Notes: generated by a model from the sequence alone, not told the origin. Positions 19,417 through 29,151 are shown, numbered from the stretch's first letter. The stretch is DNA of 40,334 nucleotides from Lacunisphaera sp. (GCA_035260745.1 DATFUQ010000054.1:1-40334), one strand, 5' to 3'. Program-made: numbers and translations.

Positions 19417-19437
19417 CGGAAAGGAGCGGGGAAGGGC

Positions 19438-19668
19438 TCAGGCTTTCTGGACGAGGCCGGCCTTGATGGCCTTGACCGAGACCCACATGCGCTTGGAGCC
19501 GCCGTTGGGCAGCTTGACCTTGATCCACTGCAGGTTCGGGCGGAACCAGCGCGTCGTCAGGCTGGTGACGTGCGTGCCGATGCCGCCGCTCTTCTTGGAC
19601 TGACCCTTGCGGTTGATGATCTTGCCCTTGGTGGGGCGTCGACCGGTGATGGCGCAAATTCGTGGCAT
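19438..19668 (-). CDS. rpmB: 50S ribosomal protein L28
   Basis: MPRICAITGRRP...GGIG...RWFRPNLQ...MWVSVKAIKAG. Confidence 0.95.
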   Translation of the reverse strand: MPRICAITGRRPTKGKIINRKGQSKKSGGIGTHVTSLTTRWFRPNLQWIKVKLPNGGSKRMWVSVKAIKAGLVQKA

Positions 19669-19753
19669 GGTGTTTCTTGAGTTAAAGGGTCGTGAGTAAA
19701 GGACGGGTGCTTCGCTTAGCAAGGGAAATTTGGAAAACGCGCGCGGGCCGCGG

Positions 19754-20740
19754 CTATTTGCGTAAAGCATGGAGTGCCTGAAACTTCTGCCCCATGTTGG
19801 CGGGGTGGAGGAGCTGGATGAGCATGCGTTTGCGCGGGCTGAAACTGCCCGCCTCGGCGGCGGTGATGGCGGCCAGCGGCCCGGCGGCGTAGCTCATGAA
19901 AAACGCCTCCTGCGAGTCGACGCGGGCCTCGCCAAAGCCGGCGCGGGCGAGTCCGTCCTCGAGCCAGTCCCAGCAAATGTGGCAGGTCAGGTCCTGCCGG
20001 CCGGGCCGGGCGAGCAGGTCGTTGCCCATTTTCTGCCGGTGATAAGTGCGGCCGGTGCCGCCGGGGATGTTCTCCGCCAGCTCCTGCCAGTATTTACCGT
20101 AGTCGAAGGCGAGGAACAGGCCGGCCCATTTCTGCCCGACGATGCGCTCCAGCATGGGGATCGTGCGCAGGGGGAGGTCGATGTGGTAATCCTCCTCCGC
20201 GGTCTTCGGCAGGCGGCTGGCGTGGGCCGCCACCTCGGCCGAGAATTCCGGCAGCACGACCTCGCGCAGGGTGCGGCCGGTCAGGGCGACGCCCAGCTCG
20301 CGCCACCGGCCACCGCGCCAGACCACGCGGTGAAAGGGCTGGGCGTCGAAGAGTTCGTTCGAAAACACCACGCCGCGCGGCGGCAGGGTGAACGGCTGGC
20401 CGAGGGAAATCGTCTGATAGCCGGCGAACGGATGCGGCAGCCCCCGCAGGATGCCACCGCCCGGCTCGGCGCCGATCTCGACAAAGACAAAGTCCGCCGG
20501 CCGGGCCGGGGCGAGCAGCTTCACGACGGCGGCGATCACCAGCTCGCCAAAGACCGGGCTGAAGGTCGTGGAAGTGAAGAAATCGGCCTTCTCGTCGCGG
20601 CCCACCCGCTTGAAATCGCGGGTGTAATACCCGGCGGTCGGGTGATACATCGCCAGCTCCATGAAGCGGGCGAAGGGCACGCCGGTGACTGCCGGCGGCT
20701 CGGTGGCGAAGATTTCGAAGAAGTCTGACGAGGAACCCAT
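19754..20740 (-). CDS. SAM-dependent methyltransferase, MidA/NDUFAF7 family
   Basis: FARFMELAMYHPTAGYY, DFFTS, VEIGA, FSNELFDAQP, FDYG, PGRQDLTCHI. Confidence 0.9.
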   Translation of the reverse strand: MGSSSDFFEIFATEPPAVTGVPFARFMELAMYHPTAGYYTRDFKRVGRDEKADFFTSTTFSPVFGELVIAAVVKLLAPARPADFVFVEIGAEPGGGILRGLPHPFAGYQTISLGQPFTLPPRGVVFSNELFDAQPFHRVVWRGGRWRELGVALTGRTLREVVLPEFSAEVAAHASRLPKTAEEDYHIDLPLRTIPMLERIVGQKWAGLFLAFDYGKYWQELAENIPGGTGRTYHRQKMGNDLLARPGRQDLTCHICWDWLEDGLARAGFGEARVDSQEAFFMSYAAGPLAAITAAEAGSFSPRKRMLIQLLHPANMGQKFQALHALRK

Positions 20741-20774
20741 TTGCCAAGCCAAGCATTTGCGGCCACTGAAAGCC

Positions 20775-22058
20775 ATGCTCAAACGTCTTCTGCTCATCGG
20801 GGTGGCCATCCTCGCCGGTTACGGGCTGGCCCAGTATGCGGCCGGCCCGGGTGGACTCGGCTCCTCCCGCGCCGGCGCGCCCAGCTGGTGGCCGGACCGC
20901 GAGCGCGACCGGAACGTGAAGTATTTCCGCGAGGTGATGCAGACGGTGAAGGAGAATTACGTGGGCGACGCCCCGGCGGGCTACGACGACCTCACCCGCG
21001 CCGCGCTCGACGGCATGCTCAGCCAGCTCGACCCGCATTCCTCGTTTCTCCGCGCCGACGAGTACCGCGAGACCGAGGAGGAACTGACCAACGCCTTTGG
21101 CGGGGTGGGCATCCAGGTGGAGCAGCGCGACGGCCAGATTGTCATCATCACGCCCATCGCCGGCACCCCGGCCGAGCGCGCGGGCCTGCGCCGCGGCGAC
21201 CGGCTGGTGAAGATCGACGGCAAAACGATCGAGAACCCGACCATCGAGAAGACGCTGCGTCTGGTGCGCGGCGAGCCCGACACCGAGGTGACGCTGACGA
21301 TCTTCCGCCCGAGCCAGAACCAGACCATCGACTTCAAGCTCAAGCGCGAGCACATCCAGCTCGACAGCGTGCGGAACGCCACGGTGCTGCCCGGCGGCAT
21401 CGGCTACCTGCAGATCACGGTCTTCAGCGAGCGCACGGGCGAGGAATTCCGGACCGCGCTGACCGGCCTCGAAAAGCAGGGCCTGCGCGCCCTGGTGCTC
21501 GATCTGCGCAACAACCCCGGCGGCCTGCTCGACGCGGCCATCGACGTGTGCAACGAGTTTTTCGAGAAGGGCGAGCTCATCGTCTACACCCAGGGCCGCA
21601 CGCCGGAGTCGCGGGAGAATTTCAAGTCCGACGGCGCCCACACCCGCCGCACCTATCCGGTGGCGATTTTGGTCAACGGCGGCACGGCCAGCGCGGCCGA
21701 GATCGTTTCCGGGGCGATGAAGGACACGAAGCGCGCGGTCATCGTGGGCGAAAAGACCTTCGGCAAGGGCTCCGTGCAGAGCGTGCTCGAGCTGCAGAAC
21801 GGCGAGGGCCTGCGCCTGACCACCGCGCGCTACTACACCCCCAGCGGCATCACCATCCACGAGAAGGGCATCATGCCGCACGTCGAGATCGAGATTTCGG
21901 CGGATGACGAGAGCAAGCTCCGCCTCCAGCAATCGCGGCCGGATCTCACCGCCTCGGTGGAGTTCAACGACCGCTTCGGCTTCCGGCGCATCGAGGACGT
22001 CCAGCTCAACGCCGCCGCGGAGGTTCTCACGGGAGTGCTGGCGGCGAAGGGGAAATGA
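20775..22058 (+). CDS. S41 family C-terminal processing peptidase (CtpA/Prc-like)
   Basis: LDPHS, PDZ domain, LDLRNNPGGLL, TASAAEIVSGA, FGKGSVQ, TTARYYTPSG. Confidence 0.95.
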   Translation: MLKRLLLIGVAILAGYGLAQYAAGPGGLGSSRAGAPSWWPDRERDRNVKYFREVMQTVKENYVGDAPAGYDDLTRAALDGMLSQLDPHSSFLRADEYRETEEELTNAFGGVGIQVEQRDGQIVIITPIAGTPAERAGLRRGDRLVKIDGKTIENPTIEKTLRLVRGEPDTEVTLTIFRPSQNQTIDFKLKREHIQLDSVRNATVLPGGIGYLQITVFSERTGEEFRTALTGLEKQGLRALVLDLRNNPGGLLDAAIDVCNEFFEKGELIVYTQGRTPESRENFKSDGAHTRRTYPVAILVNGGTASAAEIVSGAMKDTKRAVIVGEKTFGKGSVQSVLELQNGEGLRLTTARYYTPSGITIHEKGIMPHVEIEISADDESKLRLQQSRPDLTASVEFNDRFGFRRIEDVQLNAAAEVLTGVLAAKGK

Positions 22059-23122
22059 TGATCCTCGCGCTCGAGAGCTCCTGCGACGAGACCGCGGTCG
22101 CCGTCTTTGATCCCGTGCGCGGTTTGGTCGGCGAATGGGTGCACAGCCAGATCGCCCTGCACCAGGCCTATGGCGGTGTCGTGCCCGACCTCGCCAGCCG
22201 CGAGCACCTGTCGCATTTCGGTCCGCTGTTGCAACGGACGTTGGCCGCGGTGCCGGCGGAAAAGATTTCCCGGATCGCCGTGACCAGCGGCCCCGGCCTC
22301 GCGGTATGCCTGGCGATGGGTTTGTCCGCCGCCAAGAGCCTCGGTCTGGCTTGGGGCGTGCCGGTCGCGGGCGTCAACCATCTGCGGGCGCATGCCTTCT
22401 CGCCGTTTATTGCCCTGCACGCGGCGAACCCGCCGGCCTTCGACACGGAGTTCGCGAAACTGCTGCCGCATCTCGGGCTGCTGGTGTCGGGCGGAAACAC
22501 GGCACTGTTCTCGCTCGATGAGTCGCGGCGCATCCGGCTGCTGGCCTCGACGCTCGACGACGCGGCGGGCGAGGCGCTCGACAAGGGGGCCAAGCTGCTC
22601 GGGCTCGGTTATCCCGGCGGCCCGCAGGTCGAGAAACTCGCGGCGACAGGCAACGCCTCGGCCTTTGATTTCCCCAAGGCGTTGGCCCAGCGCTCGTCGC
22701 TGGAGTTCAGCTTTTCCGGATTGAAAACGAGTCTGCGCTACCAATTGGAGAAAATGCCGCCGGCGGAAATCGAGCGGCGTCGCGCCGATTTCTGCGCCAG
22801 TTACCAGCGCGCGGTGTTTGAGTCGCTCGTCCGCAAGTCGAAGCTGGCGCTGGAGCGCGGCGCCTACCGCAGCTTCGGACTGTCGGGTGGCGTGGCGAAC
22901 AACCAGACCCTGCAAGCCGAACTGGAAAGGATGGCCAAGGCGCAGGGCGTCGCGTTTTTCCGCGCCCAGCCGCAACACACCGGCGACAACGCGGGGATGA
23001 TCGCCTTCGCGGCCTGGGCCGAGCGCGAGGCGGACGGCGTCAAGTGCGGTAGCGCTGACGGCGTGAACAAAGCCGGCTACGCGCTGGAGATCGCCCCGAG
23101 CCAGCCGCTGGCGAACGCTTAG
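22055..23122 (+). CDS. tsaD: tRNA N6-adenosine threonylcarbamoyltransferase TsaD
   Basis: ESSCDET, GGVVPDLASREH, GPGL, NHLRAH, DDAAGEALDK, FSFSGLKT, GGVANN, DNAGMIA. Confidence 0.96.
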   Translation: MMILALESSCDETAVAVFDPVRGLVGEWVHSQIALHQAYGGVVPDLASREHLSHFGPLLQRTLAAVPAEKISRIAVTSGPGLAVCLAMGLSAAKSLGLAWGVPVAGVNHLRAHAFSPFIALHAANPPAFDTEFAKLLPHLGLLVSGGNTALFSLDESRRIRLLASTLDDAAGEALDKGAKLLGLGYPGGPQVEKLAATGNASAFDFPKALAQRSSLEFSFSGLKTSLRYQLEKMPPAEIERRRADFCASYQRAVFESLVRKSKLALERGAYRSFGLSGGVANNQTLQAELERMAKAQGVAFFRAQPQHTGDNAGMIAFAAWAEREADGVKCGSADGVNKAGYALEIAPSQPLANA

Positions 23123-23128
23123 GATTGG

Positions 23129-23180
23129 TGGAGGGCTCAGCTCCTGCTGAGCCGCGGCCCAGCGGAAGCTGGGCCCTCCA
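23129..23180. repeat. Family B REP doublet between convergent tsaD and uvrA
   Basis: TGGAGGGCTCAGCTCCTGCTGAGCC-GC-GGCCCAGCGGAAGCTGGGCCCTCCA; sibling at 19214-19265. Confidence 0.85.
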
Positions 23181-23181
23181 T

Positions 23182-26100
23182 TTATTTGCTCAGCTTTTCC
23201 CTTAGATACGGTGCGGTCGGGCTGCGCTTCACGTTGAGCAGTCCGGCGAGAGGGCCCTGGTAGAGAATCTCGCCGCCGTTGGGCCCACCGTCCGGTCCGA
23301 GTTCGACCACGTAGTCGGCCTCGGCCAGCAGGTCAAGGTGGTGCTCGATGACGACGACGGTGTGCCCTTGGTCCACGAGATTGTGCAGCACGCGGATGAG
23401 CTTCTCGCAATCGCTCAGGTGCAGCCCGATGGTCGGCTCCTCCAGCAGATAGAGATTGCGCACCGCGATGTTGTGCGAGCGCTCCCGGTAGGTGCGCAGG
23501 CCGCCGGCCAGTTCCGTGACGAGTTTGAGCCGCTGGGCCTCGCCGCCGGAGAGCGACGGGCTGCTTTGCCCCAGCGTCAGGTAACCGAGACCGCAATCGA
23601 CCATGAGTCGGCAGACCTGCGAGAGCTGCGAATGGAAATCGAAAAACACCGCCGCCTCGTCGAACGACAACCGCAGCACCTGGCCGATGGTCTTGCCCTT
23701 CCAGGCGATGTCGGACAGCTCTGCGCTGTAGCGCAAACCGCCGCACGCATCGCAGGGCAGGTAGGAATCGGGCATGAAGGCCATCTCGAATTTGATGCGG
23801 CCGGCCCCGGAGCAGGTCTCGCAGCGACCGCCAACCCTGCCGGACTTGGCGCCGCCCGCGGTGTTGAAGGAGAAGCGGCTGGCGGTGTAGCCGCGCATCC
23901 TGGCCTCGGGCAGCGACGCGAAGAACTGCCGGATGAGATCGAAGATGCCGAGATAGGTGGCGGGCGTGGAGCGCGGGGTCTTGCCGATCGGCGACTGGTC
24001 GACCTCGATGACGGACTTGAAGCCGTTGGCGCCGAGCAGCTCGATGAACGGGAGTGAACTGGAGCGCGGGCGACCTCGCTCGCGGGAATCCATGCGCGGC
24101 GGGGTCGCCGCGCCTCCATCGCTGGAATCAAAGCTGCCGAGCCGGACAAAGTCCTTGCCGGTCAACCTGGCTTTTCTCTGCTTGATGGCGCAGTTGACGG
24201 CGGGGTGGAGGATATCGCGGAAGAGGGTGGACTTGCCGGCGCCGCTGGGGCCGCAGGCCATGATAAGCCGGCCGTGCGGCAGCCGGAGCGTTTGGTCCCG
24301 GAGATTGCGGTAATTGATGCCGCTCAACTCAAGCCAGTCGAGGTGGAGCGCAGCCTCTTTGTGTAGGAGCCTGCTTGCAGGCGATGGGGCGCGCTTATCG
24401 CCTGCAAGCAGGCTCCTACAAGAAACCTCGCGGTATTCGCCGCGTAGCGGATGCAGGATGCCTTTCGCCAAAAAGAGCCCGGTGAGCGATGCGGCGTTCA
24501 GGCGCAGGTTGGCGGGGGTGTCGTTGGCCAGCACGGTGCCGCCGTGGATGCCGGCGCCGGGCCCGAGATCGATGATCCGGTCGGCGCGCGCCATGACGAC
24601 GTCGTCGTGCTCGACCACGAGGACGGTGTTGCCCTTCGCGCGCAGGGTGATGAGCGTGTCGATCAGCCGCTCGTTGTCGCGGGCGTGCAGGCCGATGGAC
24701 GGCTCGTCGAGGACATAGAGCACGCCGGAGAGGTTCGAGCCGAGCTGGGCGGCGAGGCGGATGCGCTGGGCTTCGCCGCCGGAAAGCGTCTCGGTGGGCC
24801 GGTCCATCTGCAGATAGTCGAGGCCGACCTGGCCGAGGAAGCGCAACCGCTCCTCGATCTGCGGGACGATGTCCTGGGTGATGAGCCTCCCGCGGCCGTC
24901 GAGCTGCAGGTTGCGGAGGCTGGCGAGCAGGTCGTCGGGCGTAAGGCGGGTCAGCGCGGGCAGCGAGAGCGGTTCGCCTTTCCGGAGCGGAAGTTTCACG
25001 GCGCGGGCGATGCGGTTGAGCCGCTCGCCGTGGCAGGTGGGGCAGATGGTGGATTTTTGATTTTCGATTTCGGATTTTAGATTGGCTTTCAGGTCGGCCA
25101 GCTCGACCGGGAGCTGTTCGTCGTCGTCCTTTTCCTCAAGCATCCAGTCATAGATGCGGCCGTGGCCGCGGCAGGTCGGACACCAGCCCTTGGGCGAGTT
25201 GAAGGAGAAATGCTTCGGCTCCAGTTCGGGAAAGGATTCGCCGCTCCCGATGTCGGTGCGCGTGGTGGAGAACCAGCTCAGGATTTCGCCGGCGGGAGTT
25301 AGGAGAAAGCAGGAGCCCTTGCCGAGCTTGAGGGCCAGCGCCAGTCCCGCGGCGGTTGTTTCCTTGCTGGGTTTGCCCTTCAGGTCGGCGACGACGGCCT
25401 CGATGTCGTGCTCCTTGTAGCGGTCGAGTTTCTGAAATGCATCGCTGCGCAGCAGCCGGCCGTCGGCGCGCATCAGTTCAAAGCCCTGCTTGCCGATCCA
25501 CCTGGCGATGGGCTCGTGGTGGCCCTTGCGGCCGCGGATAAGCGGGGCGCAGAGATAGAGAGGCTTCGCCTTTCGGGCCCTCGGCGAGGCGAGGACCTGG
25601 GCGAGCAGCGTGCGGAGCTGTCCGGCGGAGAGCGGCATCACCGCCCGGCCCGACTCGGGATGATGCTGCACGCCGAGCCGGGCGTAGAGCAGGCGCAGGT
25701 ATTGCGCGACCTCGGTGATGGTGGCGACGGTGGACTTGCGCGATCCCCGGGTGACACGCTGCTCGATGGCGACGGTGGGCGGGATGCCGCTGAGTCGGTC
25801 GATGTCGGGCCGGGGCAACTGCTCGACGAACTGCCGGGCGTAGGGCGACATTGATTCCATGAAGCGCCGCTGGCCCTCGGCAAAGATGATGTCGAAGGCG
25901 AGGGTGGACTTGCCCGAGCCGGACACGCCGGTGACGACCGAGAGCTGCCGGTGCGGGATGGAGACGGAGATGTTCTTCAGGTTGTTCTCTCTCGCCCCAA
26001 TCAGAGTCATTTCGCCCGGGGCCATGGACAGACCGGTTTGATAAGGTGCCGAATCCTCGGCGGCCGCCAGATTCTGCTTGTCAACTAATAGTATACTTGA

Positions 26101-29049
26101 GCCCAGGGCCTCCTTGAGGAAAGGTGACGTGGCAGTGTCGGCCCGCGCGATGTCCTCCGGCGGACCCTCGGCGATAATCCGGCCGCCCTGTGCGCCGGCG
26201 CCGGGACCGACCTCCAGGATCCAGTCGGCGGATTTGAGCACGTCGAGATTGTGCTCGATGACCACGATGCTGTGTCCGTGATCCACGATGCGCTGGAGCA
26301 CGTCGAGCAGGCGCTTCACGTCGTGGCGGTGCAGGCCGGTGGTGGGCTCGTCCAGCAGGAGCAAGGCTCCGGCTGGAATTGCGGATTGCGGATTGGCGAT
26401 TGCAGATTCGTTACCCGCGTAGTCAGCGAGGTAGCGGACAAGTTTGAGCCTTTGAGACTCACCGCCGGAGAGGGTATTCAGCGGCTGCCCGAGTGGCAGG
26501 TAGCCGAGGCCGACCTCGTCGAGCGCGGCGAGGCGACGGTGGATTTCCGGGTGGTCCGCAAAGATCGCCAGTGAGTCGGCAACGGTCGTGGCGAGCAAGT
26601 CGGCGACCGAGTGGCCGTGCCAGGTAATGGCCAGCGTCTCGGGCTTGAAGCGCCGGCCCTCGCAGATGGGGCAGGGCACAAAGACGTCGGAGAGAAACTG
26701 CATCTCCACCCGCTCGCTGCCGAGGCCCTGGCAGTGGTCGCAACGGCCGTCGCCGCTGTTGAAGGAAAAACTGGAGGGACTGAAACCGGCCGCCTGCGCG
26801 GCGGGCACGGTGGCGTAGAGTTCGCGAATGAGCTCCCAGGCTTCGCAGTAGAGCGCGGGGTTGGAGCGCGGCGTGCGGCTGAGCGGCGACTGGTCAACGA
26901 GCACGACCTCGGAGAATGCAAGGTCGGCTTTGATCGCCTCGATCTCGGCTGGATCCTCGGTCATCAGGCTGCGCTGGGTCAACAGGCCCTGGCAGATGAC
27001 ATTGTTGAGGAGGGTGGACTTGCCGGAACCGGATACGCCGGAGAGGCAAACGAGGCGCTGCAACGGCAGGCGGAACGAAAGGCCGTGGAGGTTGTGCTTG
27101 GTGGCATTGGTGAAGGAGAGCCAGTGTCCGGGTTTGGATCGCCGCTGGGCCGGGGCGTCAACGCGCTGGCGGCCGGAGAAGTAGGCGCCGGTGATGCTGT
27201 GCGGCGAACGCAGCATGCCGGCCACGTCGCCTTGGAAGACGACTTCCCCGCCGCGCGCGCCCGGCTCGGGGCCGATCTCGACCACGTGGTCGGCGGCGCG
27301 GATCATCGCCTCGTCGTGCTCGACCACGACGACGGTGTTGCCGGCGTCGGTCAGCGTGCGGATGATGCCGAGGAGACGGTCGATGTCGCGCGAGTGCAGG
27401 CCGACAGACGGCTCGTCGAGGACGAAGAGCGTGTCGACCAGCGAGGTGCCGAGGCAGGAGGTGAGGTTGACGCGCTGGACCTCGCCGCCGGAGAGGGTGC
27501 GCGAGGAGCGGTCGAGGGTCAGGTAGCCGAGGCCGACCTGTTCGAGGTAGTGCAGGCGGGTGACGATCGAATCGTGGGCGAGGTCGCGTTGGTGGTGCGA
27601 GGAATCGGACCGCAGCGGGGTCGCCGCGGTTCCATCGGACTGGACCAAGGTGAGGAGTTCGCTGATTGGCAGCTGATAGAGTTGGGGCAGGGTGTGGCCC
27701 TGCCATTTCCAGCAGAGCGCTTCGGGCTGGAGCCGGGCCCCGTGGCAGTCCGGGCAGGGGTTGTAGGCCCGGTAGCGCGAGAGGAAGACGCGCACATGCA
27801 TCTTGTAGGTCGTCTTTTCCATCCACCGGAAAAAGCCCTTCAACCCATACCAGTATTTCGGCCACTTCCGGCCGGGCACGAGACCGTAGTCCTTTTCACC
27901 GTCGATGACGAAGGATTTCTGCGCCGGGGTGAGCGCGGCGAAGGGGACATTGGTCGGGATGCCTTTTTTCCGGGTGAAAACGAGCAGGTCCTTCTTGGAT
28001 TCACCGTAGACTTCCCCTTCCCACGGCTTGATGGCGCCGTCGTCGATCGACACGGAGTGGTCGGGGATGGCGAGGCGGTAGTCGATGTCGATGACCCGGC
28101 CGAAACCGCGGCACTTGGGGCAGGCGCCGAGCGGGGAGTTGAAGGAGAAGAGCCCGGGCGTCGCCGGGCGGAAGGTGCGGCCGGTCCTGGGCGAATGCAG
28201 GCCGCGGGAATAATGGCCGGCGGAAGAGTATTGCGGATTGCCGGTTGCGGATTGCGGAGTGGCGAACAGGAAGGCCTCTCCCTTGCCAAAGTGCAGGGCG
28301 GTTTCAGTGGCTTCCAGAAAGCGTGACTTGTTTTCCGCGGTGATGGCCAACCGGTCCTGGATGACGTAAAGGAACGTCCAACGCTCAACGTCCAACTTCG
28401 AACCAGCCAATGCGGCCAGCACGTCGTCTATCTTGTGGAGCTCAAGCGTCTCGTTGGTGGAGGTTGAGCGTTGCTTGTTGGATGCTGGACGTTGCGCAAG
28501 AATTCGCGTGTAGCCTTGCCCCTTGATGCTGGTGAGCACCTCCGCCCACTTGAGGTTGGCGGGCTTGGCGATGCGGAAGCAGAGCAAAAGCGTGGCGGCG
28601 CTGTGCGCGGTGTGGGCCTTGGCCCAGATGGTCTGCGGGTTGTCGTCCTCGACCTTTTCACCGGTGGCGGGGTCGAAGCACTCCGCGACATGGCTGAACC
28701 AGACCTTCGCGAAGTCGGTCAACTCGGTCATCGTGCCCACGGTGGAGCGGGAAGTCTTGACCGTGTTGGTCTGTTCGATGGCGATGGACGGGCGGATGTT
28801 CTCGACGGTGTCGACCTTGGGCTTGTCGAGGAGTTCGAGGAACTGGCGGGTGTAGGCGCTGAAGGTCTCGACGTAGCGGCGCTGGCCCTCGGCGTGGAGC
28901 GTGTCGAACACCAGCGAGGACTTGCCGGCGCCGCTCAGGCCGGTGACGACGATGAATTTGCCCAGCGGGAGATCGAGGTCGAAGCCCTTGAGGTTGTTCT
29001 GGCGGACGCCGCGCAGGCGGATGGACTCGGGGGCGGGGGAGGTCGGCAC
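23182..29049 (-). CDS. uvrA: Excinuclease ABC subunit A, tandem-fused double UvrA (~1950 aa) with multiple in-frame repeat inserts
   Basis: Four Walker A ([16 protein letters not shown] x2, GPSGAGKS), four LSGGE signatures, CxxC zinc fingers, EGQRRY/FxE twice; GTG start assumed. Confidence 0.96.
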   Translation of the reverse strand: MPTSPAPESIRLRGVRQNNLKGFDLDLPLGKFIVVTGLSGAGKSSLVFDTLHAEGQRRYVETFSAYTRQFLELLDKPKVDTVENIRPSIAIEQTNTVKTSRSTVGTMTELTDFAKVWFSHVAECFDPATGEKVEDDNPQTIWAKAHTAHSAATLLLCFRIAKPANLKWAEVLTSIKGQGYTRILAQRPASNKQRSTSTNETLELHKIDDVLAALAGSKLDVERWTFLYVIQDRLAITAENKSRFLEATETALHFGKGEAFLFATPQSATGNPQYSSAGHYSRGLHSPRTGRTFRPATPGLFSFNSPLGACPKCRGFGRVIDIDYRLAIPDHSVSIDDGAIKPWEGEVYGESKKDLLVFTRKKGIPTNVPFAALTPAQKSFVIDGEKDYGLVPGRKWPKYWYGLKGFFRWMEKTTYKMHVRVFLSRYRAYNPCPDCHGARLQPEALCWKWQGHTLPQLYQLPISELLTLVQSDGTAATPLRSDSSHHQRDLAHDSIVTRLHYLEQVGLGYLTLDRSSRTLSGGEVQRVNLTSCLGTSLVDTLFVLDEPSVGLHSRDIDRLLGIIRTLTDAGNTVVVVEHDEAMIRAADHVVEIGPEPGARGGEVVFQGDVAGMLRSPHSITGAYFSGRQRVDAPAQRRSKPGHWLSFTNATKHNLHGLSFRLPLQRLVCLSGVSGSGKSTLLNNVICQGLLTQRSLMTEDPAEIEAIKADLAFSEVVLVDQSPLSRTPRSNPALYCEAWELIRELYATVPAAQAAGFSPSSFSFNSGDGRCDHCQGLGSERVEMQFLSDVFVPCPICEGRRFKPETLAITWHGHSVADLLATTVADSLAIFADHPEIHRRLAALDEVGLGYLPLGQPLNTLSGGESQRLKLVRYLADYAGNESAIANPQSAIPAGALLLLDEPTTGLHRHDVKRLLDVLQRIVDHGHSIVVIEHNLDVLKSADWILEVGPGAGAQGGRIIAEGPPEDIARADTATSPFLKEALGSSILLVDKQNLAAAEDSAPYQTGLSMAPGEMTLIGARENNLKNISVSIPHRQLSVVTGVSGSGKSTLAFDIIFAEGQRRFMESMSPYARQFVEQLPRPDIDRLSGIPPTVAIEQRVTRGSRKSTVATITEVAQYLRLLYARLGVQHHPESGRAVMPLSAGQLRTLLAQVLASPRARKAKPLYLCAPLIRGRKGHHEPIARWIGKQGFELMRADGRLLRSDAFQKLDRYKEHDIEAVVADLKGKPSKETTAAGLALALKLGKGSCFLLTPAGEILSWFSTTRTDIGSGESFPELEPKHFSFNSPKGWCPTCRGHGRIYDWMLEEKDDDEQLPVELADLKANLKSEIENQKSTICPTCHGERLNRIARAVKLPLRKGEPLSLPALTRLTPDDLLASLRNLQLDGRGRLITQDIVPQIEERLRFLGQVGLDYLQMDRPTETLSGGEAQRIRLAAQLGSNLSGVLYVLDEPSIGLHARDNERLIDTLITLRAKGNTVLVVEHDDVVMARADRIIDLGPGAGIHGGTVLANDTPANLRLNAASLTGLFLAKGILHPLRGEYREVSCRSLLAGDKRAPSPASRLLHKEAALHLDWLELSGINYRNLRDQTLRLPHGRLIMACGPSGAGKSTLFRDILHPAVNCAIKQRKARLTGKDFVRLGSFDSSDGGAATPPRMDSRERGRPRSSSLPFIELLGANGFKSVIEVDQSPIGKTPRSTPATYLGIFDLIRQFFASLPEARMRGYTASRFSFNTAGGAKSGRVGGRCETCSGAGRIKFEMAFMPDSYLPCDACGGLRYSAELSDIAWKGKTIGQVLRLSFDEAAVFFDFHSQLSQVCRLMVDCGLGYLTLGQSSPSLSGGEAQRLKLVTELAGGLRTYRERSHNIAVRNLYLLEEPTIGLHLSDCEKLIRVLHNLVDQGHTVVVIEHHLDLLAEADYVVELGPDGGPNGGEILYQGPLAGLLNVKRSPTAPYLREKLSK
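24060..24120. repeat. Family D REP doublet in frame in uvrA
   Basis: TGGAGCGCGGGCGACCTCGCTCGCG...GCGCGGCGGGGTCGCCGCGCCTCCATC; left unit nearly identical to 596-620. Confidence 0.82.
24362..24420. repeat. Family C REP doublet (perfect 24-bp inverted repeat, 11-nt loop) in frame in uvrA
   Basis: TGTAGGAGCCTGCTTGCAGGCGAT-GGGGCGCGCTT-ATCGCCTGCAAGCAGGCTCCTACA; right arm identical to that of 19282-19355. Confidence 0.95.
25052..25086. repeat. Heptamer tract (GATTTTC-like x5) in uvrA
   Basis: gattttt gattttc gatttcg gatttta gattggc; peptide [12 protein letters not shown]. Confidence 0.85.
26376..26410. repeat. Heptamer tract (GGATTGC-like x5) in uvrA
   Basis: gaattgc ggattgc ggattgg cgattgc agattcg; peptide [12 protein letters not shown]. 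Confidence 0.85.
27608..27636. repeat. Single family D-related REP unit in uvrA
   Basis: Minus strand GATGGAACCGCGGCGACCCCGCTGCGGTC versus GATGGAGGCGCGGCGACCCCGCCGCGC at 24094-24120; peptides DGTAATPLR and DGGAATPPR. Confidence 0.75.
28228..28262. repeat. Heptamer tract (GGATTGC-like x5) in uvrA
   Basis: gtattgc ggattgc cggttgc ggattgc ggagtgg; peptide [11 protein letters not shown]. Confidence 0.82.
28372..28495. repeat. Inverted pair of heptamer tracts (CAACGTC / GACGTTG) in uvrA
   Basis: 28372-28404 gaacgtc caacgct caacgtc caacttc; 28461-28495 aggttga gcgttgc ttgttgg atgctgg acgttgc. Confidence 0.8.
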
Positions 29050-29151
29050 GGAAGGCACTGAATGATGACGAATCAGCGGAACGCAAACCGGCGTGGGTTT
29101 CAACCCATGCCTGCTGACATAACGCTGTCAGGAGCCGCGGCCCGGCGCCGG

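Noticed and set aside
23030-23068. ADGVK / ADGVN duplication (24-nt period) near the TsaD C-terminus
   Set aside because: Only two short degenerate copies in a variable tail, not related to the repeat families; probably a local duplication.
23182-29049. Inteins or introns explaining the length of UvrA
   Set aside because: Length is explained by tandem duplication. The inserts are only 10-25 aa and lack intein C/S...HN termini or intron-sized structure.
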